From a virus (Duplodnaviria; Heunggongvirae; Uroviricota; Caudoviricetes), in IMG/VR virus record IMGVR_UViG_2718218355_000004: a stretch of DNA of 54,006 bases; one strand, 5' to 3'. The notes under the pieces were generated by a model, which worked only from the letters and a program-made list of their open reading frames with translations, made no database searches and was not told where the DNA came from. Positions 23,320 to 32,966 of this stretch are shown in pieces. The position numbers and the translations under genes were made by a program. The first letter of the stretch is position 1, and each line of letters begins with the position of its first letter.

Positions 23320-24621
23320 TTAAATCCGAAGTGATGTGACTCTTCCGGTCGGTTTGACAATAGGGAATTGCTTAACGATGAAATAACCTCCGGCATCATT
23401 CGGGTGATCATTGCCAGATTTTTTATCAGGCTCCCCCTTCTCATCCCAGACCTGTTGCTCCAGAGATTCGGCATATAACGGGCAACGCTTCACATTAACT
23501 TTATAGCGACGCTCACCATTGGCATTGCAGAACATTGCATTCATTGAGTTAACGCGATCTTTTACTGGCGGGTTCGAGCTGTTCACCACAACGTTAAAAC
23601 CAGCCTGCTTAAGCTGGGCTATATCCGTCGTACTTGCGTTACTTGATTTTCTGGAATCCCCGGAAGCATCTGGATAAATATAAATTTCCCTCACTTTCCG
23701 GTAATCATTCCCATCATACAGCCAGAAGCGTTCTTTAATGATGCGGATCATATCCGGCGTATCGTAGGCATTGATGATTTCAGTTACCGCACATGGAAGC
23801 CCCAAACGCAGCACATGGACGATTCCCGCCATCTTTCCAACGTTAAAATCCATCCCAATATAAATCGGCTCCCCTGGCTGCTCCACTTCTTCGCAATTAT
23901 TCAGTTTCCGGTCAAACTGATGGTAAACAGTACCACTTGTCAGGTTAGTAAACTGTCCTCGAAGATAGGCTTTAATCAGCTCTGGAGGGTATGATTCAAG
24001 AAGCGAAGGAATGTAATCTGCTGGCAGGTTCTTTTCATTATCGAAAGTAGATGCCTGCACCAGACCATACAGTGAGGCCAGCTCTGTTTTTTCACGCACG
24101 GCTTTAACAAACTGCTCGTAGACAAATTTGAATCCTTCCGGCGTGGTTGTAACGTCAATACCGTTGCGAAGTCCATCAATCTTATAACGCATACGTGCAA
24201 TTATCTTGCGCCACGCCGTTCTGGCTTTTTCCTTCGGCAAAATGTCCAGTTCATCCACCAACGCATTACCAATTTTGAAACCGACGATCGTTTGTGGCTT
24301 CTCCATCGATCTGCAGATAGTGGTTCCCCGATACTGGCGTCCGTAATAAAAGTGAACCTCTTTATTTCCCTCATTAATTTTTACGTTCAATCCCCAGTCA
24401 GCAGCAACTTCTTCCACTGTAGGGTAAAAAATATCGCGAATTTGGGGATACGTTGGCGCAAAATATCCCTGATTTATACCTGGATGCTCCCAAATCCCCT
24501 TGCATATGCCGCCACACCCAACCCATGTTTTGCCCGAGCCAAAACCAGCAATATAGGCTTTAAATTTATGGGGCATTGAAAGAAATCGCGCCTGAGGCAC
24601 ATTAAGCGTCGGAGAGATCAT
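23320..24621 (-). CDS. Terminase large subunit
   Basis: Walker A GFGSGKT near N-terminus and nuclease-like C-terminal half; start set to internal ATG (MISPTLNV) with AAGGAG SD. Confidence 0.9.
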   Translation of the reverse strand: MISPTLNVPQARFLSMPHKFKAYIAGFGSGKTWVGCGGICKGIWEHPGINQGYFAPTYPQIRDIFYPTVEEVAADWGLNVKINEGNKEVHFYYGRQYRGTTICRSMEKPQTIVGFKIGNALVDELDILPKEKARTAWRKIIARMRYKIDGLRNGIDVTTTPEGFKFVYEQFVKAVREKTELASLYGLVQASTFDNEKNLPADYIPSLLESYPPELIKAYLRGQFTNLTSGTVYHQFDRKLNNCEEVEQPGEPIYIGMDFNVGKMAGIVHVLRLGLPCAVTEIINAYDTPDMIRIIKERFWLYDGNDYRKVREIYIYPDASGDSRKSSNASTTDIAQLKQAGFNVVVNSSNPPVKDRVNSMNAMFCNANGERRYKVNVKRCPLYAESLEQQVWDEKGEPDKKSGNDHPNDAGGYFIVKQFPIVKPTGRVTSLRI

Positions 24622-25696
24622 CTTCATCACTCCTTACTCTGGCATCAACCACATTAATATTGATCGCCACAGGCTGGGGATGTTCATTATCTTCCACCGT
24701 TTCGATCTCTTTGCGCAGCTTCTGGTTTTCCATTCTGCGCCGTTCAATTTCCAGTTCCTGTAGCCGTTTATCTGCACATAAAGCCCCGCCAGCAGAAAAC
24801 AAACGCAACAATTCACGCCGGGCGGCAGCCTTATCCTCCAGCAGGATCTCAACGCCGAATTTTCCGAATTTTGCCCCTGCATATAATTGCCGCGCATCCC
24901 CATCAAGCAGAGTGGTATCAGCCATATAAAGCTGTCCCGTTCCCTCACCGCAGCACTTCGGGCAGTCCGGATTGGGTATGGCGTTATCAACAAAGCCGAG
25001 GCCTCCATATTCCGGTTCGGGTTTGCCATCTCTGGAAGCCTGCGCCGCTGCCTTGTCGAATTCTGCTATATCGCGCCACTGGTAGAGATGATTCTCGCCC
25101 CAGCAATAACGGCAGTTAACACGGCGAAATTGTGCAAGCTGATTGGGGTCGGCCAGGACAATAGCCATCAACTGACTCACTAGTAAATCCAGGTCTGCGG
25201 TATAGCGTTTCTGGTACTGATTGCGGAAGTAGCTGATAGCGCGAAAAACCCTGGCATTTCTAAGCATACGACTGGCGTTGCTGTTAGCTGTCGCACCTTG
25301 CCCCTCATAACCGGCTAGTCGGTACGCCTCTGTCGGCTTTTTACCCTGAGCAACAAGCATCGCAAACTTAGCCTGCTGGTCAGAAATGCCGAATTCATCG
25401 GGACAGAACGAAAATTCCTCCGCGTCGCCCTCATTCAGGCCCGCATCGAATACTGGCTTTTTTTCCTGAGATTTTTCGTTCCGCTTTTGTGCAGTCTGCG
25501 CAGATTTTTTCTGCGCACTTTTTTGCGCAGTTTTGCACATTTCTGTCTGCGCATTTTTCGGAGTTTTTTTGATGTAACGACGGGCTGTTGCGTAATTCAG
25601 TCCCCTTGCTTCACACCATGCCACCGGAGATATACCGGAGCGGGTGTATTCAGCAATATACTCCTGCTGCAACGCCCCCCAGTCCGGTCTGCTCAT
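24602..25696 (-). CDS. Terminase small subunit
   Basis: 364 aa; N-terminal HTH-like region and central TerS-like segment (AYRLAGYEG...SRMLRNARV); precedes TerL. Confidence 0.7.
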   Translation of the reverse strand: MSRPDWGALQQEYIAEYTRSGISPVAWCEARGLNYATARRYIKKTPKNAQTEMCKTAQKSAQKKSAQTAQKRNEKSQEKKPVFDAGLNEGDAEEFSFCPDEFGISDQQAKFAMLVAQGKKPTEAYRLAGYEGQGATANSNASRMLRNARVFRAISYFRNQYQKRYTADLDLLVSQLMAIVLADPNQLAQFRRVNCRYCWGENHLYQWRDIAEFDKAAAQASRDGKPEPEYGGLGFVDNAIPNPDCPKCCGEGTGQLYMADTTLLDGDARQLYAGAKFGKFGVEILLEDKAAARRELLRLFSAGGALCADKRLQELEIERRRMENQKLRKEIETVEDNEHPQPVAININVVDARVRSDEDDLSDA

Positions 25697-25699
25697 CAG

Positions 25700-25951
25700 T
25701 TAGTCCTGATTTTTATCCACCCTGAGTAGTTCGCGCAGAGCAAAGGCATCCCCTTTTCTGGCAAGCTTAAACAATGCCGCTCGTAACTCGGCTTCACCTT
25801 TCGCTCTGCCCTTACGGATGGCCGCATAAAAATCTGTCATTGCTTCCCGATTTTCTTTCAGTCGGTTCAGATCAACATCCAGAACGTCAGCGATTTGTTG
25901 TGCAGTCATCCGGCACGCTGCCAGAGACTCGACTTTCGAATACGGAATCAT
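25700..25951 (-). CDS. Hypothetical small HTH-like protein (83 aa)
   Basis: ATG with strong GGGGGTGA SD; overlaps the 3' end of the upstream gene. Confidence 0.4.
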   Translation of the reverse strand: MIPYSKVESLAACRMTAQQIADVLDVDLNRLKENREAMTDFYAAIRKGRAKGEAELRAALFKLARKGDAFALRELLRVDKNQD

Positions 25952-26840
25952 TTGTCACCCCCATTGATATGCAGGGTGTCTTCTTCCTGTATTTTTCGTG
26001 AAGGATTTTTACTGCAGCGTTGTTCCAGGTGACCTGATGGTGAATGCGTTTATGGCTGGCACCCATCAGTGAGATTTTTACGCACGACGGCGCATACATG
26101 ACGGAGTAAAAACTTTTAACGTAGGTTCCGGAATCCAGATACAGCTCGGTCATTCCGCCGCTGTTTTTCTGCGTCTGTTTCTGCCCTAACTGGACAGCAC
26201 CGATCGTCATAAACAATTCACCACAGCGACCGAGATTCGTGTACGTATTCACATCCTCGTTAATGCGCCCCATGAATGAGAACGGTCGATCAACCGAACA
26301 GATAAAGCTGTTCATTGCCTTGCGTTTCACCCACGAAGCATGGCCGCCATTGTCACCAAGAAAATCCCCGCCCTGCGACATAGCGATGGAAAGAGCAGGT
26401 ATTGATTCGTAGTACGCCAGCATTTCAGAAAGGATCGCATCCAGTTTCCTTATCGGAAAATAGGCCTGGTCATAGTTGCGATCCACCCGAAACTGGAACT
26501 CGTGATAATCATCATCGAGCTGAATGAAGTATTTACACCCGACCAGTTTTGCCAGGTCGAAACAGGCATTACGGGCGTAAAAAATTGAGCGGCGGTCACA
26601 GAAATTATCGGCTTCGTCAAAACGACTGGCGATATCGGCTTTGGAAAACACCAGCACCTGTTCACCAAATTCAGCCATGTACTGATTCCGTGTCTTATCT
26701 TCATCATCAACAACGATAAAAATTTTCCCGGTATAGCCAGCACGACGCAACGTCCGGTAAGTCAGAACTTTGTCCGGTCGCCCGTGAGTCAGAATAAAGG
26801 CGCAAAAATCATCACGCATATTCCTCCTCCTCACCACCAT
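25887..26840 (-). CDS. Putative GT-A-fold glycosyltransferase-like / nucleotide-sugar transferase-like protein
   Basis: 317 aa; N-terminal FILTHGRPD...IFIVVDDED resembles the GT2 opening strand-helix-strand, plus a DxD-like LDDDYH motif; no TM segments. Family call is by motif only. Confidence 0.4.
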   Translation of the reverse strand: MVVRRRNMRDDFCAFILTHGRPDKVLTYRTLRRAGYTGKIFIVVDDEDKTRNQYMAEFGEQVLVFSKADIASRFDEADNFCDRRSIFYARNACFDLAKLVGCKYFIQLDDDYHEFQFRVDRNYDQAYFPIRKLDAILSEMLAYYESIPALSIAMSQGGDFLGDNGGHASWVKRKAMNSFICSVDRPFSFMGRINEDVNTYTNLGRCGELFMTIGAVQLGQKQTQKNSGGMTELYLDSGTYVKSFYSVMYAPSCVKISLMGASHKRIHHQVTWNNAAVKILHEKYRKKTPCISMGVTNDSVFESRVSGSVPDDCTTNR

Positions 26841-27603
26841 GCATGATCTCCACCATGCGCTGCGTCATCCGGACAAATCCATTTTCAATAGCCTGCTGAT
26901 AATCAATGATCACCAGCGCCGACTCCTCGAAAAAACACTGAATTTCAGAGGGGGCGTGAGCGTAATAGTCCGCAATTCTGCTGAAATTAAACACCGTGTG
27001 ACGTTCTGCCGCACACAGGAGGAATTTCTCAATATCAGGCTCAAGGGACGCCGAACGTATCCGGCTGATCAGCTCCTGAGTTTTCGTATCGTCGTACAGT
27101 TCACTGATATCCGGTTTACCGCCCGACGGCTCATAAACAGGCGTATCAATTTTCGTCGTATACGGCTCCTCCTCATTTCCTGTACCGGGCAAAACATCCG
27201 TCAACAGTTCATCAATTTCTGTCGGGATGAAGCCTGTCAGGGAGACATCAAAATCAGCATTGATTAGGTCCGACAGCTCCATCCGCAACAGATCTTCATC
27301 CCAGCCAGCATTCATCGGCAGGCGATTATCTGCCAGGCGGTACGCCTTTTTCTGCTCATCCGTCAGGCCAGACAGAACAATGACCGGAACAGAATCCATT
27401 TTGAGCATTTCAGCCGCCATAACACGACCGTGACCCGCAATAATTTCGCCCTTTTCGTCAATCAGCACCGGATTAGTCCAGCCGAATTGCTTAATACTTT
27501 CTACCAGTTGTGCCACCTGCTCAGGGCTGTGCGTCCTGGCGTTGTGCGCATACGGTGACAATTCTTGTAATGGGCGATAGACTATCTTTAATTTCTCGCT
27601 CAT
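26812..27603 (-). CDS. ParB-like nuclease domain protein
   Basis: 263 aa; N-terminal ParB/Srx-fold signature (IIAGHGRVMAA with upstream VPVIVL). Matches my recollection of the ParB-like gene next to trkG in Rac. Confidence 0.7.
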   Translation of the reverse strand: MSEKLKIVYRPLQELSPYAHNARTHSPEQVAQLVESIKQFGWTNPVLIDEKGEIIAGHGRVMAAEMLKMDSVPVIVLSGLTDEQKKAYRLADNRLPMNAGWDEDLLRMELSDLINADFDVSLTGFIPTEIDELLTDVLPGTGNEEEPYTTKIDTPVYEPSGGKPDISELYDDTKTQELISRIRSASLEPDIEKFLLCAAERHTVFNFSRIADYYAHAPSEIQCFFEESALVIIDYQQAIENGFVRMTQRMVEIMHGGEEEEYA

Positions 27604-27740
27604 ACAGCCTTGCTTTATGAATAAAACGCACCCCAGCAGCCAGTGCTACTGGGGACGGAGGGGTTGCTGGTAAAGTTAGGTATTGGATCAATGAGTGAGT
27701 CAACATAATATTAAACTCACAATTATAAATCAGCCATATA

Positions 27741-29198
27741 TTAGGAGCGCCAAAAAAAACCTGAAAACAATATAATAACAGGATAAATTTCAAGGCGACC
27801 AAGAATCATAGCTATGCACATTAAACATTTTGCAATGTCATTAAGCACTCCGAATGACGATGCAGTAGCCCCAAAACCTAATCCCATATTATTAATACAT
27901 GCAGCCACTGTTGCAAATGATGTAAGAAAATCATATCCCATACCATTTAACACCAGTATAAAAAACACCGTGAAGAGAGTATAAAGAAAAAAGAAACTCC
28001 ATACAGACCTCATTACACGATCTGTAACTATCTTCCCTCCTACATTTACACTCAACAACGCTCTGGGATGAGAAAGCTGATTTATCTCGTGTTTGCTTTG
28101 TTTGAAAAGTATAAGAAATCGAAGTGACTTAATTCCACCACAAGTTGAACCTATACATCCCCCAAAGAAACTTGACAACAGCAAAAACACTATCGTGTGC
28201 GTGGGCCAACTTGCATAATCTTGCGTAGCTAAACCATTATCAGTGAGCATGGAGCTGGCAAGAAAAAACGAATGAATAAAACTTCCATGCAAGTCATACA
28301 TACCTATATGCCAGACCTGGAAAGAGGTAACAATGATCACCCCTAAGGCTATTAACAGAAAGAAACGAAGTTCAATATCTCTGATTAAAGGTTTTATCGT
28401 TTTCCTGCTAATAACAATATACCAAAGAGTGAAGTTGAAAGCCGATAGCAGGGAAAAAGAACCAGCCACCAGCTCAACCAAATAGTTATTAAAATATCCG
28501 ATACTCTCGCTATGAGTTGAGAAACCACCAAGCGAAACTGTGGAAATCCCGTGACAAATAGCATCAAACAAAGGCATTCCTGCAAGTCTATAACAGACAA
28601 TACAAGCAATACCTAATAAAGAATAAGTTATCCACAGTGTCCGTGACGTATCGGCCAGGCGGGGAGTGAGTTTGTCATCCTTAAATGGCCCCGGCATTTC
28701 TGACTGATAAAGCTTTGCACCACCAATACCCAATAATGGCAATACAGCAACCGCCAGAACAATAACTCCTAAACCACCTATAAAATTTAACTGTGACCGA
28801 TAGTACAAATATGCCCGAGGTAATGAACTAACATCATCAATTACAGTTGCTCCTGTTGTTGTTATTCCAGAAACCCCTTCAAACAGAGCATCAATGAACG
28901 TTAAATTAAGTTCTGAGTCAATCCATAAAGGGAATGCACTAATAACAGAAAACAAAATCCAAAACATTACAATTATAATAAACCCATCACGGGTACGTAA
29001 TTGAATGCCAGATTTCTTAGTTGTATACCACGCTCCGCCACCAATGCAAAAAAATATAACGAAAGTTATAAAGAAAACGAACAGGCTTTTTTCTTTATAA
29101 AACAATGCTACAACCATTGGTGGCAACATTGAAAGACTATAGAGCCAAACCAGGAACCCACACATATGAGTAACAACTCTTACATGAGATGTATTCAT
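27741..29198 (-). CDS. trkG: Trk-system K+ uptake protein TrkG (TrkH/TrkG family)
   Basis: Polytopic membrane protein; start set to ATG at MNTSHVRV; visibly AT-rich relative to neighbours. Confidence 0.9.
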   Translation of the reverse strand: MNTSHVRVVTHMCGFLVWLYSLSMLPPMVVALFYKEKSLFVFFITFVIFFCIGGGAWYTTKKSGIQLRTRDGFIIIVMFWILFSVISAFPLWIDSELNLTFIDALFEGVSGITTTGATVIDDVSSLPRAYLYYRSQLNFIGGLGVIVLAVAVLPLLGIGGAKLYQSEMPGPFKDDKLTPRLADTSRTLWITYSLLGIACIVCYRLAGMPLFDAICHGISTVSLGGFSTHSESIGYFNNYLVELVAGSFSLLSAFNFTLWYIVISRKTIKPLIRDIELRFFLLIALGVIIVTSFQVWHIGMYDLHGSFIHSFFLASSMLTDNGLATQDYASWPTHTIVFLLLSSFFGGCIGSTCGGIKSLRFLILFKQSKHEINQLSHPRALLSVNVGGKIVTDRVMRSVWSFFFLYTLFTVFFILVLNGMGYDFLTSFATVAACINNMGLGFGATASSFGVLNDIAKCLMCIAMILGRLEIYPVIILFSGFFWRS

Positions 29199-29335
29199 AT
29201 CTAAATATTCTTTCAATTATAACCACCTTGCTGCAATATTATGATTATACTGTATAAAATTTAACTCCTCTTAGATCTTACTTCACTGTTCCTTATGAAA
29301 CAATCATCAAAATGAATCATATTGTAGTTAAGATT

Positions 29336-29800
29336 TTACTTTAAACACTGCTCGGTTATGTATTGCTGAGCACCTTCAAGTTGGGCCTGCATCATTACCA
29401 GTCGTTCCCGGAGGGTGAAATAATCCCGTTCAGCGGTGTCTGCCAGTCGGGGGGAGGCTGCATTATCCACGCCGGAGGCGGTGGTGGCTTCACGCACTGA
29501 CTGACAGACTGCTTTGATGTGCAACCGACGACGACCAGCGGCAACATCATCACGCAGAACATCATTTTCAGCTTTCGCATCAGCTAACTCCTTCGTGTAT
29601 TTTGCATCGAGCGCAGCAACATCACGCTGACGCATCTGCATGTCAGTAATTGCCGCGTTCGCCAGCTTCAGTTCTCTGGCATTTTTGTCGCGCTGTTCTT
29701 TGTAGGCGATGGCGTTATCACGGTAATGATTAACACCCCATGACAGGCAGACGACGATGCAGATAACCAGAGCGGAGATAATCGCGGTTACTCTGTTCAT
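29336..29800 (-). CDS. Rz-like i-spanin
   Basis: N-terminal TM anchor followed by coiled-coil periplasmic domain; start overlaps endolysin stop; contains embedded Rz1. Confidence 0.8.
   Translation of the reverse strand: MNRVTAIISALVICIVVCLSWGVNHYRDNAIAYKEQRDKNARELKLANAAITDMQMRQRDVAALDAKYTKELADAKAENDVLRDDVAAGRRRLHIKAVCQSVREATTASGVDNAASPRLADTAERDYFTLRERLVMMQAQLEGAQQYITEQCLK
29395..29580 (-). CDS. Rz1-like o-spanin lipoprotein
   Basis: ORF embedded out-of-frame inside Rz; lipobox VVGC and a proline-rich stretch. Confidence 0.75.
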   Translation of the reverse strand: MRKLKMMFCVMMLPLVVVGCTSKQSVSQCVKPPPPPAWIMQPPPDWQTPLNGIISPSGNDW

Positions 29801-30294
29801 TGCTGACCCCACAAACAGATTTCACGCTCAATCTCACGACGAGTCATGAGACCTTTCCATTGCTTACCGCCAGCATATGTCCAGCGACGTAGCTGATCAC
29901 ATGCGCCTTTGATATCGCCCTGGTTTATTTTGCGAAGAAGCGTCGATGTTCTGAAATTGCCAGCACCCACGTTGTAAACGAATGAGTAAAGAGCGCCGCG
30001 CGTTGTTTCCGGTATATCGACTTTGATGTACGGGTTAATTTGTCTGGCGACCGTGGCAAGGTCTTTATTCAGGAGGGCTTTGCATTCTGCTTTGGTATAC
30101 GTTTTACCGAGCATGATGTCTTTTCCTGTATGCCCGTGACATACAGTCCATACACCAACAATATCTTTGTATGGTATGTAGCTGACACCTTCCAGACCAT
30201 CGTTACCACTTGGGCCAGTGATTAACACTGATGCTATAGCAATTGCTCCGCCACCAATAGCAGCAGCAACGACTTTTCGTAATGATGGAGGCAT
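29797..30294 (-). CDS. SAR endolysin (phage lysozyme, GH24-like)
   Basis: 165 aa with Gly/Ala-rich N-terminal signal-arrest-release segment and a lysozyme-like catalytic region. Confidence 0.85.
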   Translation of the reverse strand: MPPSLRKVVAAAIGGGAIAIASVLITGPSGNDGLEGVSYIPYKDIVGVWTVCHGHTGKDIMLGKTYTKAECKALLNKDLATVARQINPYIKVDIPETTRGALYSFVYNVGAGNFRTSTLLRKINQGDIKGACDQLRRWTYAGGKQWKGLMTRREIEREICLWGQQ

Positions 30295-30509
30295 TATTCA
30301 CCTCTCGCAGCCTTGCGCTTATCTTCTTTAATCTTGAAATAAAGGTTTGTCAGGTACGTCAGCAGGCCAAATACCAGACTACCCAGCACACCGATTGCAG
30401 CCCACTGTGACGGAGTTACTCTATCGAGCAACTGTAAAAACCAGTAGCCAGCACTGCCTGCGGAGGTGCCGTAGGCAATGCCTGTTGAAATTTTGTCCAT
30501 GGATTTCAT
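30294..30509 (-). CDS. Class II holin (phage 21 S-type pinholin)
   Basis: Start at MKSMDK (dual-start motif) with GGAGGTGAGG SD; two TM helices; charged C-terminus; overlaps endolysin start. Confidence 0.85.
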   Translation of the reverse strand: MKSMDKISTGIAYGTSAGSAGYWFLQLLDRVTPSQWAAIGVLGSLVFGLLTYLTNLYFKIKEDKRKAARGE

Positions 30510-30611
30510 AGCCTCACCTCCGCACGGAACGGATGGCATAGTTATTATGTGTAGGCTTTCAGACACATCAATCAGAGCCTTAATTGATATATATGCTGGA
30601 GACGATGCAAT

Positions 30612-30635
30612 ATAAAAAGCTCGCCGTAGCGAGCT
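30612..30635 (-). terminator. Rho-independent terminator between the TolA-like genes and the holin
   Basis: Minus-strand AGCTCGC-TACG-GCGAGCT perfect 7-bp stem followed by TTTTTAT. Confidence 0.5.
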
Positions 30636-30760
30636 AATAAAATGTATTTCTCTGATATTATGTTTATTTGTATTAGCTCAGACTTGACATCACAGGTTTC
30701 GTATATAGAACATCATCAAATCTGTCAGTTTGCTATGAATGAGATATAGTAATTGAAGAG

Positions 30761-31156
30761 CTAACCTCGCATGTCAAAGCCAGATTTCTGAAAATCTCTG
30801 TAGACTTCCGGATTGTTGAAGGCCGGAAATTTGGCTTTATGAGCTGCGGACTTTATCGCTTCGCAATAGGCTTTATCACCGTTACTGGTAGATATTTTTA
30901 ACGCCGTGCCATCCTGAGAGAATTCCATATGCAACCTGCATTTTTTCCCTTTCCAGTTATGCGGCTCATCAAGTTTGGCATTAATTGCAGCTCTGATTCC
31001 CCGCGCTTGCGCCCCCCATTCATCCTGATCATCCCAGCGTCCTGAACTGCAACTACCTGTAGCAGTAGTTTTGTGGCAATCTGAAGGGTGTAAAGGTGTG
31101 CATCCCGCAACAAAACCGACCCAAAAAGTCAACATAACGATTTTCTTTAATCCCAC
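30761..31156 (-). CDS. Lipoprotein with TolA C-terminal domain (domain III)-like region, paralogue 2
   Basis: 131 aa; GTG start with GAGGAG SD; signal peptide plus lipobox VAGC; C-terminal region shares the spaced GKKC-L / DG / GD-C / EVY-F pattern with the neighbouring paralogue. Confidence 0.55.
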   Translation of the reverse strand: MGLKKIVMLTFWVGFVAGCTPLHPSDCHKTTATGSCSSGRWDDQDEWGAQARGIRAAINAKLDEPHNWKGKKCRLHMEFSQDGTALKISTSNGDKAYCEAIKSAAHKAKFPAFNNPEVYRDFQKSGFDMRG

Positions 31157-31306
31157 TTCTTGCTCCTCAATCCATTAAAATCTCAGCAATAGTAGTTGTT
31201 ACGTCCGCCACTGGCTCAGAGCTGACTATCCGCTAAATTTAGCTCAGTGCCGTAGCTGTGTCAGAACAAACCTAAGCCGAAACCGTTTATTACAAAACAA
31301 TAAATA

Positions 31307-31735
31307 TCAGGGTTTAAAATCCAGCACCCCATTTTGAAATACTTTATATACTTCCGGCGAAGGGGGGGCAGGTATATCAGCATTCTTTATCGCATTCATC
31401 GCTTCACGACATAAATCGAGGTCTCCACTTTCTCTTTTAACCTCCAGTAGAAGGCCATTCGGGGCCATATGCATTCTCAGTGTACACTCTTTTCCTGAAT
31501 ACTTACTCGCATCCCCGAACTGTTTTTCGATGGCGCTCTTGATTTGATGGGCATACAGACGGATATCCTCACTAACATCAGAAGTACGTTCAGATGAACT
31601 CACATACTGTGTCTCTATTGCTTTATCGGAGTAATATGATGTACGGTCATGATAATTTGTCGATACAGCATCAGTGCACCCGATAATAATCCCACTAATA
31701 ATCAACGTAAGAATTGATGCGCTACGAAAACCCAT
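31307..31735 (-). CDS. Lipoprotein with TolA C-terminal domain (domain III)-like region, paralogue 1
   Basis: 142 aa; signal peptide plus lipobox IIGC; C-terminal 85 aa (QIKSAIEKQF...GKECTLRMHMAPNGLLLEV...IPAPPSPEVYKVFQNGVLDFKP) closely resembles my recollection of the TolA C-terminus. Confidence 0.6.
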   Translation of the reverse strand: MGFRSASILTLIISGIIIGCTDAVSTNYHDRTSYYSDKAIETQYVSSSERTSDVSEDIRLYAHQIKSAIEKQFGDASKYSGKECTLRMHMAPNGLLLEVKRESGDLDLCREAMNAIKNADIPAPPSPEVYKVFQNGVLDFKP

Positions 31736-32326
31736 TTTTCCTCACATATGTCATATAGTAAAGGATTATATATACCGTTGTTTTGGACGCTCAAACAGCG
31801 AATCAGATCAAATAAAACGCACATTTGTTAACATTTACACAAAGTCTGCGTGGGATATTCTGAAAGAATATCCATAATGTGGAGAGAATCTATTGAAGTG
31901 CATGGTGCCGGGTGCCTCCCGGTGAACAAAATGTTCGTGATACCTGTCGGCGACAGAAAAGGTTAATGGTATCACCCCACCGCACAGGGGGATTCACCAT
32001 GCAGGAGTTTTCTTAGCAAACTCACTGCGCGCCCGGCAACTCCCAACCACATAAAATGCGGAGTTTGTGGTATTTATGCATATAACTCGCAGGAATTATC
32101 TTAAAAAACTGATGTCGATCCGGATTAAAAAGAAGCAGGTCATCATCAGATGACTGGAAAAAAGGAAAACAAAAAATACTCATCATACAGTTTTGATTGC
32201 AGGGATGAGCCTGCTATGCACAATATGCAGAATATAAGCAAGATAAAAATATGCAGGCATATTATTTCGGATTTTGTTATTAACACAACCTTTTTAATAA
32301 TCATTTGGCATACAATAAACCAGCCC

Positions 32327-32352
32327 AAAAAGAACCGCCTAAACAGGCGGTT
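32327..32352 (-). terminator. Rho-independent terminator on the minus strand
   Basis: AACCGCC-TGTTTA-GGCGGTT followed by CTTTTT on the minus strand, just below the IS2 insertion. Confidence 0.45.
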
Positions 32353-32600
32353 GGTCAATACAAAGGATGCTTCGTCTTTATTATAGTAATCTGAGGCGTC
32401 GGGTGTCTTGTATCAGACAACATATTGTCCCGCTAAACAGCGAATTACAAACCACCCTGCAATGATCTCTCATCTCATTTTATATGAGTTGACGACATCA
32501 GGATAACGCTAGACTGGCCCCCTGAATCTCCAGACAACCAATATCACTTAAATAAGTGATAGTCTTAATACTAGTTTTTAGACTAGTCATTGGAGAGCAG

Positions 32601-32966
32601 ATGATTGATGTCTTAGGACCGGAGAAACGCAGACGGCGTACTACACAGGAAAAGATCGCTATTGTTCAGCAGAGTTTTGAACCGGGAATGACGGTCTCCC
32701 TTGTTGCCCGGCAACACGGTGTGGCAGCCAGCCAGTTATTTCTCTGGCGCAAGCAATACCAGGAGGGAAGTCTTACTGCTGTGGCCGCAGGAGAGCAGGT
32801 CGTTCCTGCCTCTGAACTTGCTGCTGCCATGAAGCAGATTAAAGAACTCCAGCGCCTGCTCGGCAAAAAAACGATGGAAAATGAACTCCTTAAAGAAGCC
32901 GTTGAATACGGGCGTGCAAAAAAGTGGATAGCGCACGCGCCCTTATTGCCCGGGGATGGGGAGTAA
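32601..32966 (+). CDS. insC: IS2 transposase OrfA (InsC)
   Basis: 121 aa from ATG at [13 protein letters not shown]; HTH transposase N-terminal domain. Confidence 0.9.

Noticed and set aside
27521-27802. 93-aa minus-strand ORF bridging the trkG 3' end and ParB-like start
   Set aside because: Overlaps two well-supported genes and the intergenic region; no SD; likely spurious.
30650-30700. TTGACA ... TATATA promoter-like element upstream of the holin on the plus strand
   Set aside because: Wrong strand for the lysis genes, and spacer of only 12-14 bp between the hexamers.
32146-32386. 70-aa minus and 78-aa plus ORFs in the AT-rich spacer below IS2
   Set aside because: Mutually overlapping ORFs in AT-rich DNA whose hydrophobic translations are expected by composition; the region contains a terminator hairpin and looks regulatory or spacer.
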